Positions 28,797 through 37,111 of a stretch of DNA of 64,000 bases are shown here, piece after piece. How positions within the stretch are numbered: the stretch's first letter is position 1; every line of letters starts with the position of its first letter. The position numbers and the translations under genes are program-made. The notes beneath the pieces are model-generated. The model ran no database searches. It was not told the origin of the DNA and worked only from the letters and a program-made list of their open reading frames with translations. Source of the stretch: Verrucomicrobiota bacterium (GTDB taxonomy: Bacteria; Verrucomicrobiota; Kiritimatiellia; JAKQHR01); assembly GCA_029557905.1 (NCBI GenBank), contig JAKQHR010000092.1:11228-75227 (forward strand), in the 5' to 3' direction.

Positions 28797-29663
28797 TTAA
28801 ACCGTGGAGCCGCGCCAGTGCAGCTTGTGGCGCAGCAGGGAATAATAGTTGTAATCCGGCAGCCGGACCAGCTTGGCGCTGTGAGGGCTCCGGGCTATCT
28901 GAATAACATCTCCCTTGCTGACCTCCAGCTGCTCCTGGCCGTCCATGGTCAGCAGCAGCGTTTTGGAGGCGGCCAGGACCTCCACTTCGATCACGCAGGT
29001 GTCCGGAATGACCAGGGGCCGGTTGCTCAGCGTGTGAGGGCAGATTGGAGAGAGCACGAAGGCGCGCACCTCCGGATGAATGATGGGGCCGCCGGAAGAA
29101 AGCGAATGCCCGGTGCTCCCGGTCGGCGTGGAGACAACAATCCCGTCGCAAACATAGGATGAGACTTCTTCCCCATCGGCCCGCACATTCAGCGTCACGA
29201 CCCGTGAAGACCGGCCCCATCCGATGGCCACATCGTTCAGGGCAATGTATTCCTTTTTGCTCCCCGAAAGCGAACAGACGGCAAGCGTGCGTTCAGATAT
29301 GCCGCATTTTCCCTCCTGCACACAGCGCAAGGCATGTTCCAGCTTGTCTTCGGTGACGGTGGTCATGAACCCGAGACTTCCGAGATTGACGCCGAGAATC
29401 GGGACATCGCATCCGTTCAGAATGCTGATGGCGCGCAGCACGGTCCCGTCCCCGCCCAGCGCCATGAAAAGCTCAATCTCCGCGACCATCCGGTGGCGGC
29501 TGATTTTCCTGATGGAGGGCAGGCTTTGGGCGGTGTCGTCGCAGCAGACAAGTTCTGCCCCCATTTCCCCGGCGGCGGCCGCCAGCCGTTCAAGAACAGC
29601 GGGAGTATGAGGTTTTCTGATGTTTGCTGTTACGCCGATTTTTTTCATTTCTTTTTCCACCAT
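28797..29663 (-). CDS. nadK: NAD(+) kinase
   Basis: GGDGTVLRA, NLGSLGFMT and DGIVVSTPTGSTGHSLSSGGPIIHP motifs. Start uncertain (29645-29723). Confidence 0.9.
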   Translation of the reverse strand: MVEKEMKKIGVTANIRKPHTPAVLERLAAAAGEMGAELVCCDDTAQSLPSIRKISRHRMVAEIELFMALGGDGTVLRAISILNGCDVPILGVNLGSLGFMTTVTEDKLEHALRCVQEGKCGISERTLAVCSLSGSKKEYIALNDVAIGWGRSSRVVTLNVRADGEEVSSYVCDGIVVSTPTGSTGHSLSSGGPIIHPEVRAFVLSPICPHTLSNRPLVIPDTCVIEVEVLAASKTLLLTMDGQEQLEVSKGDVIQIARSPHSAKLVRLPDYNYYSLLRHKLHWRGSTV

Positions 29664-30379
29664 GCAAGGAATTCGACATTTCCCGCCGGCCCCCTGATGG
29701 GAGATGCGCAGACGCCCATCCATTCCAGGTCCAGCGTGCCGGTTCCAAACTGTTTCACCGCCGCCACCACCTCCGCGCGGACCGCTTCGTCGCGCACCAC
29801 CCCGCCGCGCTGAACCTTTTCCCTGCCGGCCTCAAACTGCGGCTTGATCAGTGTCACGAGCTCGGCGCACGGCTGCAATAATGCTGTAACAGCGGGCAGT
29901 ATCTTAGTCAAGGAAATGAAGGAGACGTCCACGACGGCGAAATCGGCCCGCTCGGCCAGATCCTCGGGCTTAAGATAACGCGCGTTGACCTTTTCCATTA
30001 CAATCACGCGGGGATCATTGCGAAGCTGCCAGTGAAGCTGGCCTGCGCCCACATCAATGGCGTAGACCCTCTGCGCGCCGTGCTGCAGGAGGCAGTCTGT
30101 GAAGCCTCCGGTGGAGGCCCCGATGTCAAGGCAGACCCATCCCCTGACGTCAATCCCGAACGCGGAAAAGGCCGCTTCCAGCTTCTGTCCGCCCCGACCG
30201 ACAAACGGCATGGATGCCTTGACGGTGATTTCGATTTCCGGGTCGAATTCGTGGCCCGGCTTTGTCTGCGGATGACCGTTCACCAGCACCTCTCCGGCGC
30301 GGATGAGGCGCTGGGCTTTTTCCCGGCTTTCGGCGAGCTTCCGTTCCACCAGAAGCTGATCCAGACGCATGCGGCTCAT
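29645..30379 (-). CDS. tlyA: TlyA-family rRNA (cytidine-2'-O)-methyltransferase (hemolysin A-like)
   Basis: N-terminal S4 domain MSRMRLDQLLVERKLAESREKAQRLIRAGEVLVNG; FtsJ-like SAM methyltransferase core (LDIGASTGGFTDCLLQHGA). Confidence 0.88.
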   Translation of the reverse strand: MSRMRLDQLLVERKLAESREKAQRLIRAGEVLVNGHPQTKPGHEFDPEIEITVKASMPFVGRGGQKLEAAFSAFGIDVRGWVCLDIGASTGGFTDCLLQHGAQRVYAIDVGAGQLHWQLRNDPRVIVMEKVNARYLKPEDLAERADFAVVDVSFISLTKILPAVTALLQPCAELVTLIKPQFEAGREKVQRGGVVRDEAVRAEVVAAVKQFGTGTLDLEWMGVCASPIRGPAGNVEFLAWWKKK

Positions 30380-31167
30380 TTCCCCTGCGATTTCTTCCTG
30401 TGATCAGGAACCGGTTTTCCCAGATGCATGAGCACCGCTTTCATGTCTTCCCAGACCGGGGCCTTGCCGGATGCATTGCGCAGGAGATAGGCCGGATGAA
30501 ACGTGGGCATGACATCAATGCCTTCAAAACTGCGCCAGTGCCCGCGCAGCTTTGTGATGCCGGTCTGCTCGCCCAGCAGCCCCTTCACGGCCGTCGCGCC
30601 GAGACACACAATGACCTTCGGCTTCAGTATCGCAAGCTGCCGCTTCAGGAAGGGCATGCAGGCCTCCATTTCGTCGGGGAAGGGGGTGCGGTTCCCGGGC
30701 GGGCGGCATTTCACGATGTTGCCGATCCAGACTTCGTCTCGGGTCAGACCCATGGCCCCGATGATACTGGTCAGGAGCTGTCCCGCGCGGCCGACGAATG
30801 CGCGGCCCTGCTTGTCTTCATCTGCGCCGGGGCCTTCGCCAATAAAGACGATTTCCGGCCGCGGATGGCCCTGTCCGGCCACCGTGTTTGTTCGGGTGGG
30901 CGCCAGCGGGCATTTCGTGCAGGCCGCAATTTCCTTTTCGATGGCCGCGAGACCGGGATCCAGAACCTGCGGGGCTGAAGCCGCCGCAGGCCTCCGGTCC
31001 GGCGGCGGTTCGGGACGACGGGAAGAAGGCGCGGCAAAAGGCGCAGTCCCAAGAGACTTCCGCGTTTCATTCGACACTTCAACACGTTTTCTTCCCTCGG
31101 CTTTTTCCTGAAGAAGCCAGGTTTCAGTGCTGTCCAGTACTTCAATGAATTTCTGTCTACGGCTCAT
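30376..31167 (-). CDS. Uracil-DNA glycosylase, family 4
   Basis: CTKCPL 4Fe-4S cysteine cluster start; GEGPGADED motif; HPAYLLR C-terminal motif. Confidence 0.88.
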   Translation of the reverse strand: MSRRQKFIEVLDSTETWLLQEKAEGRKRVEVSNETRKSLGTAPFAAPSSRRPEPPPDRRPAAASAPQVLDPGLAAIEKEIAACTKCPLAPTRTNTVAGQGHPRPEIVFIGEGPGADEDKQGRAFVGRAGQLLTSIIGAMGLTRDEVWIGNIVKCRPPGNRTPFPDEMEACMPFLKRQLAILKPKVIVCLGATAVKGLLGEQTGITKLRGHWRSFEGIDVMPTFHPAYLLRNASGKAPVWEDMKAVLMHLGKPVPDHRKKSQGK

Positions 31168-31223
31168 GGCGGCATTTCCTTTGATCCGGTGAGACTATCC
31201 CCGCTATGCGGGGGTTGCAAGGT

Positions 31224-32096
31224 TTAACCCCGAAGCCTGTTCAGGAGCGACTGCATGTCTTCCGGAACGGGCGCGTGAAACTTCATCGGCTCCCTGGTGA
31301 CCGGATGGGGGAGCGTCAGTGTTTCCGCATGGAGCATCTGCCTCCGGGCATCCAGCAGATTTCCGGCCCGGCCGTATTTCCGGTCTCCGATGACGGGATG
31401 TCCGATATGCGCCACATGCACGCGAATCTGGTGCGTGCGCCCGGTCTCCAGCGTGATGCGGAGCAGCGCCGCCCCGGCGAACTGTTCCTCCACCCGGTAG
31501 TGCGAGACCGCCTCCCGCCCTCCGGAGGCAGGGCGCACGGACATCTTCTTGCGATCACCCCGGCTGCGTCCGATCAGGGTTGAAATGGTTCCTGAAATCC
31601 TCTCCATCCGGCCGGCCACCAGTGCGAGGTACTCCTTATGCACCTGCCGGTTCTTGAAGGCGTTCACCAGAAACTGCATGGCCCGCTCGTTCTTGGCCGC
31701 CACCATGACCCCGCTGGTGTCCTTGTCCAGCCGGTGAACAATCCCGGGCCGGAGTTCCCCCCCGATGCCCTCAAGGTCGCGGCAGTGATGCAGCAGGGCG
31801 TTCACCAGAGTGCCGGTGTAATTGCCCGGGGCCGGATGAACCACCAGGCCGGCGGGTTTATTGATGACGATGATGTCGCGATCTTCAAAAAGAACATCGA
31901 GCGCGATGTCTTCGGCTTCCACGGTGACCGGTTTCGCTGCCGGAATTTCATATTCGATTTCTTCGCCGGCGGCCAGCGCATGCTGGGGCTTGCACGGTGA
32001 CCCGCCGATTTTCACATGGCCGTCCCGGATGAGCTGCTGCCAGCGCGAACGCGAGCAGCCGGGAAGGGTGCGTGCGAGCCATGCGTCGAGGCGCAT
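31224..32096 (-). CDS. rluD: RluA-family 23S rRNA pseudouridine synthase (RluD-like)
   Basis: S4 domain followed by the catalytic HRLDKDTSGVMVAAKN motif. Start uncertain (32096 or 32153). Confidence 0.85.
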   Translation of the reverse strand: MRLDAWLARTLPGCSRSRWQQLIRDGHVKIGGSPCKPQHALAAGEEIEYEIPAAKPVTVEAEDIALDVLFEDRDIIVINKPAGLVVHPAPGNYTGTLVNALLHHCRDLEGIGGELRPGIVHRLDKDTSGVMVAAKNERAMQFLVNAFKNRQVHKEYLALVAGRMERISGTISTLIGRSRGDRKKMSVRPASGGREAVSHYRVEEQFAGAALLRITLETGRTHQIRVHVAHIGHPVIGDRKYGRAGNLLDARRQMLHAETLTLPHPVTREPMKFHAPVPEDMQSLLNRLRG

Positions 32097-32103
32097 GCCG
32101 GCA

Positions 32104-32898
32104 TCAGACGGGCTTGCTGTGAGTCTGCTCAAGGGACGGCTCCGGTTTGTCATAACGCAGGATCATGATGATAAGCCCGGCCACCAGCAGGATGGCGCTG
32201 ACCAGCTGCGCAAAGGTCAGCCCCATGCCGTGCAGGCGTTCATCTCCGCGGAAAAACTCCATGCTGAAGCGGAGCAGGGGATAAAGGATGAAATACAGCG
32301 CGACGGTGGCGCCGGACCGCCGTCCGCGCAGATAAAACCAGAGCAGCAGGCCGTACAGCGCAAGGTTGCCGGCGGTTTCATAGAGCTGCACGGGATGAAG
32401 GGTCGTTCCCGGATGCATCAGGTCCGGCGGGGAGCCGGCCGGGAAGCGAACTCCCAGCGGGCAGTCTGTCGGGAGCCCGAAACAGCAGCCGTTCAGGAAG
32501 CATCCGATTCGCCCGGCGGCGTGACCGAGCGGCACTCCGGTTATGGCCAGGTCCCCCAGTGTCCATACCGGAATCTTCTGAACGCGCGCCATGACAATCA
32601 CCGCGGCCAGCGCGCCGAAGAAACCGCCGTAAAATATCAGGCCGCCCTCGTCCACGCGGAAAACATGCAGCGGGTGCTGCGCAAAATAAGACAAGTTGGC
32701 CAGAACATATGCCACCCGCGCGCCAAGAATTCCGGAGAGCATGATGAAGAAAGCAAGATTGGATCCAAAGCCCGGGGGGAGCCCCCGGCGCCGGGCGAGC
32801 CATGACCAGTGCGCCGTTGCCAGCAGAAACCCCAGCGCCACCATCACCCCGTACCAGTAAATGGGCCGGCTCCCGATATGAAAACATATTTGGTGCAT
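32104..32898 (-). CDS. lgt: Prolipoprotein diacylglyceryl transferase
   Basis: IYWYGVMVALGFLLA N-terminus; Lgt signature region DLAITGVPLGHAAGRIGCFLNGCCFG; 264 aa. Confidence 0.9.
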   Translation of the reverse strand: MHQICFHIGSRPIYWYGVMVALGFLLATAHWSWLARRRGLPPGFGSNLAFFIMLSGILGARVAYVLANLSYFAQHPLHVFRVDEGGLIFYGGFFGALAAVIVMARVQKIPVWTLGDLAITGVPLGHAAGRIGCFLNGCCFGLPTDCPLGVRFPAGSPPDLMHPGTTLHPVQLYETAGNLALYGLLLWFYLRGRRSGATVALYFILYPLLRFSMEFFRGDERLHGMGLTFAQLVSAILLVAGLIIMILRYDKPEPSLEQTHSKPV

Positions 32899-32974
32899 AT
32901 TGCTTTCCTTTGATGCAGAGTCTGTCTAATATATCAGCGGTGACAGACTTTCAAGCAACTATGCGGTCCGTGAA

Positions 32975-35362
32975 ATGGCCCTGAAAGCAGATAAAGTCAG
33001 TTCGATGCTGTGCAGTCACTGCGGAGCCGCCATGGATGTGTCTTCACAGGACCCGTTTTCCACGGCGCTGTGCCCGGCTTGCGGCCGTTCGCAGATAGTG
33101 CCGATGCAGTTCGGCTCGATCCTTCTTCTTGAACCGCTTGGGGCCGGAGGCATGGGGGCCATCTACCGCGCGCTGGATCCCATGCTGGACCGCTATCTGG
33201 CCATCAAGGTGATGCAGACCGCCGGCGCGGCAGATGATCAGTTCGTGGAGAATTTCTTCCGTGAAGCCCGCGCCGCCGCCGCGCTCAACCATCCCCACAT
33301 CGTTCAGATTTATTCCTGCGGCCGCGAGTACGGCCAGCCCTACATCGCCATGGAACTGCTGGAGGGAGGGACCCTCGATGAGATGATCCATTCTTCCGGC
33401 ACCGTGGACGAGCTGGATGTTCTGCAAATCGGCATATCTGTTTCCGAGGGTCTTCGGGCTGCAGGCGAAATCGGGCTGACGCATGGAGACATCAAGCCCG
33501 CCAATATTCTTTTCGACAGCCATCACAAGGCCAAGATCGCCGATTTCGGACTGGCCCGCTTCATGCAGCAGGGCTCCTCCGCTGAAATATGGGGAACTCC
33601 TTTCTACATTGCTCCCGAGAAACTGCGGAAGCAGAAGGAGGATCAGCGTTCCGATATCTACAGCCTCGGCGCCACGCTTTTTCACGCACTGACCGGGCAG
33701 CCCCCGTTTGACGGCAAGACGGCCACGGATGTGGCGGTCGCCCGTCTGGACCAGCCGCCGCCGGATGTCCGCGACAGAAATCCGGGAATATCTCCCGAAG
33801 TGGCGGCGGTCATTGCGCGCATGCTCAAGGAGAATCCGCACGAGCGATATCCCACCTATGCTTCGCTGATTGCCGACATGAAGAGTGTGCTGGCGGTGCT
33901 TCGGCAGAAACGCGGCAGCCGGCCGATGCGTCCTAAAATGAGGAAATCGCACGCGGGCGCTTTTGTGGCCGCGGCCCTTTTTGCGCTTATTGCCGCGGGG
34001 ATATGGATGAGCCAGCGCGAAGGTTCGGGGCCTCCCGAGGGTCCGCTGTCCGGCCCGTCTCGTCCGGAGGAACCCGCCGTGCCGGAGATGCGGGGAAGTA
34101 AGCCTTTTGAGGGCGTTCGCGGAACCGCCATGGAACGGATACTGAACCTGTTCGCCGCCGGGAATGTCATGGCGGCATCAGAAAGTCTGCAGGCGCTGTA
34201 TGAAAAAATTCCCCCGGACAGTCCGGATCGCTCGTGGATATGCCTGTTTCAGGCGCTGATGCTCTGGTATGACGGAAACGGCGGGAGCGGGGATGAACTG
34301 CTTGACCGGGCTCTGGCCGGGTTCGCCGGGAGCGATGCCTCGGCCGGCGCCCTGATCGCCGCATACATGAAGGGGAATATGGATGAGGCGGCGGTTGAAG
34401 CCTCTGCCGGCGAGCAACCGCAGTGGGTGGGCGATTTCACCGGATTTGTCGCGGGTATGAATCATGCCCGGCAGGGACGAAAGGATGAAGCGGACGTGCG
34501 CTGGCGCACTTATCTTCAGACCACGAATGACAAGCCGGCCTGGGTTTATGTCCTGAAGCCTCTGGCGCAGAAATTCACGGAAAGTCACGCCCGCTGGGAA
34601 CGTCTGAATGCGGAAGTGACCGCTCTGCTCGAAGCCCGCAAACCCGGAGAGGCCCGGGTTCTTCTGCGCGATTTCAAGCTGACCGCCGGTCCGGTCTTTG
34701 CCGCTGAAACGGATCAGCTCTTCGAGAAGGTTCAGGCGCTGGAAGCCTCGCTGACCGAGGCCGAGGCGGCCCGCCTCGCGGAACAGCAGGCTGCGGCCGC
34801 CGCCAGAAAAAAAGCAAAAGCCGAGTCCGAGGTCGCAAAGGTTCGGAAAGCGGTGGAATCCGGCCGGAGACACTATCCCTCCAGGGATTTCGATAGGGCT
34901 CTAGCCGCAATTGAAAAGCTTCGGCCCGCGATGACTACGGAAGAGGGATGGGTGGAATATCAGCTGGCGCGCGAAAAAGTGTCCCGTCTTGACGCAATGC
35001 ACCGCTATCTCCAGAACGCATTGCGCACGCGTCCCTGCAGAATCAGTGTGTTCGGGAAAAACACGCGCGTGGCGGGAGCAACCTCGCGTGGTGTGCGCGT
35101 GGCGATTGGCACTCAGGCCGATATGGTGCGGGAGTGGCAGGAGATCACGGCGGCCCAGTATGTCGGCCTGATTCGCCAGTATCTTGATGCTGAACAGAAA
35201 ACCGTGCGCGAGAAAGCGGATGATCATCTCAGCCTGGCCGTGTTCGCTTCGGAAACAGACGGCGGACAGCTGGCCGCGCAGCTTGCGCGAAAAGCCGTGG
35301 CGCTGGATCCGGCCGTCAGGGATCTCGGCCTGCGCCTTCTGCCTGATCTGGACTGGGAATAG
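32975..35362 (+). CDS. Hanks-type Ser/Thr protein kinase with N-terminal zinc ribbon, single TM helix and ~450 aa helical extracytoplasmic C-terminal region
   Basis: CSHCGAAMDV...CPACGRSQIVP zinc ribbon; kinase subdomains LGAGGMGAIYRA, AIKV, HGDIKPANILF, DFG, GTPFYIAPE; TM AGAFVAAALFALIAAGIWM; C-terminal alpha-helical region with a coiled coil. Confidence 0.88.
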   Translation: MALKADKVSSMLCSHCGAAMDVSSQDPFSTALCPACGRSQIVPMQFGSILLLEPLGAGGMGAIYRALDPMLDRYLAIKVMQTAGAADDQFVENFFREARAAAALNHPHIVQIYSCGREYGQPYIAMELLEGGTLDEMIHSSGTVDELDVLQIGISVSEGLRAAGEIGLTHGDIKPANILFDSHHKAKIADFGLARFMQQGSSAEIWGTPFYIAPEKLRKQKEDQRSDIYSLGATLFHALTGQPPFDGKTATDVAVARLDQPPPDVRDRNPGISPEVAAVIARMLKENPHERYPTYASLIADMKSVLAVLRQKRGSRPMRPKMRKSHAGAFVAAALFALIAAGIWMSQREGSGPPEGPLSGPSRPEEPAVPEMRGSKPFEGVRGTAMERILNLFAAGNVMAASESLQALYEKIPPDSPDRSWICLFQALMLWYDGNGGSGDELLDRALAGFAGSDASAGALIAAYMKGNMDEAAVEASAGEQPQWVGDFTGFVAGMNHARQGRKDEADVRWRTYLQTTNDKPAWVYVLKPLAQKFTESHARWERLNAEVTALLEARKPGEARVLLRDFKLTAGPVFAAETDQLFEKVQALEASLTEAEAARLAEQQAAAAARKKAKAESEVAKVRKAVESGRRHYPSRDFDRALAAIEKLRPAMTTEEGWVEYQLAREKVSRLDAMHRYLQNALRTRPCRISVFGKNTRVAGATSRGVRVAIGTQADMVREWQEITAAQYVGLIRQYLDAEQKTVREKADDHLSLAVFASETDGGQLAAQLARKAVALDPAVRDLGLRLLPDLDWE

Positions 35363-35393
35363 CGAGGCTGAACTGGAGGCGGGGGTAAAAACA

Positions 35394-35470
35394 TGGCGGG
35401 GACGACGGGACTCGAACCCGCAACACCCAGATCGACAGTCTGGTACTCTAACCGATTGAGCTACGTCCCC
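35394..35470 (-). tRNA. tRNA-Asp (anticodon GTC), CCA encoded
   Basis: Manual fold of the reverse complement: acceptor GGGGACG/CGTCCCC, anticodon stem CCAGA/TCTGG with loop CTGTCGA, T-loop TTCGAGT, 3' GCCA. Confidence 0.85.
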
Positions 35471-35578
35471 GCCCTGTGACGGAAATTTCCAGAAGAATAT
35501 TCATGGAGTTCATCTTTTCAAGCACAATTCTCTGGAAATCTCTGTTTAAGTTTCCTCCCGCCGGATTATATTGTCGGC

Positions 35579-37054
35579 ATGAAGGTTCCCTCGAGAATCC
35601 TTGAGAAGCTCAAGAAGCTTCCGGACAGCCCGGGTGTGTACATTATGCGCGACCGGACGCGCCGTGTCATTTATGTGGGGAAGGCCGTGTCCCTGCGCAG
35701 CCGGGTGCGGTCCTATTTCCAGCCCGGCACCTATCGCAAGGCCCCGGTCAAGGTCCGCGGCATGATTAACAGCGTGGCCGATTTCGATTTTCTTGAACTG
35801 CGCACCGAAGAGGAGGCCGCCCTGACCGAAGGCCGCCTGATCAAGGATTACAAGCCGCGCTACAATATTCTGCTGAAGGACGACAAGCGCTTCCCGCTGA
35901 TCCGCGTTGACCTGCGCGAGCGGTTCCCCCGCTTTGAGCGCTGCCGCCTGCACAAGGAGGATGGCGCGCATTACTTTGGTCCCTATGCAAATTCGGGCGC
36001 CGCCCGCGCGGCCCGCGAGTTTGTGGAACGCCGCTTTGGCCTGCGCAACTGTCCGCCGGCGAGCCCCGACGCGGAGACATACAGGCACTGCCACAATGAT
36101 GTTATCCGCTACTGCTCCGCGCCGTGCATCGGAAAGGTCTCCCGGGATGAATACCTGCAGCGCGTGGAAGAGGCCTGCGCGTTCCTGCGCGGCGAGCGGG
36201 TGGAATATCTCCATGAAGTGCGGGCCGCCATGCAGGCGGCCTCCGAGAAGCTGGATTTCGAGAAGGCTTCGGCTCTGCGCGACACGCTGTTTCTGCTGCA
36301 GGAGGCCGTGAAGCGCCGCAGCCTTGCCCGGAAGACCCCGCTGATGAAACAGGAATCCGCTCGGGCCGGAGTGCTTGAGCTGCAGGCGGCGCTGAACCTG
36401 CCGCGCCCGCCCGCCGTGATCGAAGCGTACGACATTTCCAATATCTCCGGCACCTTTGCGGTGGCCAGCATGGTGAGTTCGGTGAACGGGATTCCGCAGC
36501 CCGGCCGCTATCGTTTGTACCGGATCCGGACGGTGCAGGGCTCGGACGACCCGGCAATGATGGCTGAGGTGGTGAAGCGCCGGTACAGCCGCCTGCAGCG
36601 CGAGGGCCGGGACATGCCGGATCTGGTTCTGGTGGACGGCGGCATCACGCAGGTGCGGGCCGCCGCGCGCTCGCTCCGGGAACTGGGCCTTTCGGACATC
36701 CCCGTAGCAGGCCTGGCCAAGCGTTTTGAGGAGCTCGTGCAGGACCGGGCGGGCGGGGCCGCCCGTGTGCTTCTGCCGCTGGATTCATGCGCGCTGACTA
36801 TGGTGCAGCAGCTCCGCGATGAGGCCCATCGCTTCGCCCTGACTTTTCATCGCAGAATCCGCGGCCGGCGGATCCGTGAATCCATCCTCGATGACATTCC
36901 GGGGATCGGCCCCGCCCGCAAGGCGCTGCTGCTGCGTCATTTTGGATCTGTTCGCCGGATGCAGAAGGCCACTGTGGAAGAAATGGCCCGTGTGCCCGGC
37001 CTGGGCCGGGCCATGGCGGAACTGGTCTGCGGCCGGCTGGCGAAAGACGGATGA
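35579..37054 (+). CDS. uvrC: Excinuclease ABC subunit C (compact 491-aa form)
   Basis: GIY-YIG GVYIMRDRTRRVIYVGKAVSLRSRVRSYF; Cys-rich region; UVR domain EKASALRDTLFLLQ; C-terminal RNase H-like domain and (HhH)2 IPGIGPARKALLLRHFGSVRRMQKATVEEMARVPGLG. Confidence 0.88.
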   Translation: MKVPSRILEKLKKLPDSPGVYIMRDRTRRVIYVGKAVSLRSRVRSYFQPGTYRKAPVKVRGMINSVADFDFLELRTEEEAALTEGRLIKDYKPRYNILLKDDKRFPLIRVDLRERFPRFERCRLHKEDGAHYFGPYANSGAARAAREFVERRFGLRNCPPASPDAETYRHCHNDVIRYCSAPCIGKVSRDEYLQRVEEACAFLRGERVEYLHEVRAAMQAASEKLDFEKASALRDTLFLLQEAVKRRSLARKTPLMKQESARAGVLELQAALNLPRPPAVIEAYDISNISGTFAVASMVSSVNGIPQPGRYRLYRIRTVQGSDDPAMMAEVVKRRYSRLQREGRDMPDLVLVDGGITQVRAAARSLRELGLSDIPVAGLAKRFEELVQDRAGGAARVLLPLDSCALTMVQQLRDEAHRFALTFHRRIRGRRIRESILDDIPGIGPARKALLLRHFGSVRRMQKATVEEMARVPGLGRAMAELVCGRLAKDG

Positions 37055-37111
37055 AACGCTTGAACCCGCCGTCCCCGCTGTGCTAGCTTGACACTGTTCA
37101 GGAGTAATCCC

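Noticed and set aside
35579-37054. uvrC being truncated or a pseudogene (491 aa vs ~600 in E. coli)
   Set aside because: All functional modules are present in order: GIY-YIG, Cys region, UVR, RNase H-like, (HhH)2. It is therefore a compact but intact UvrC.
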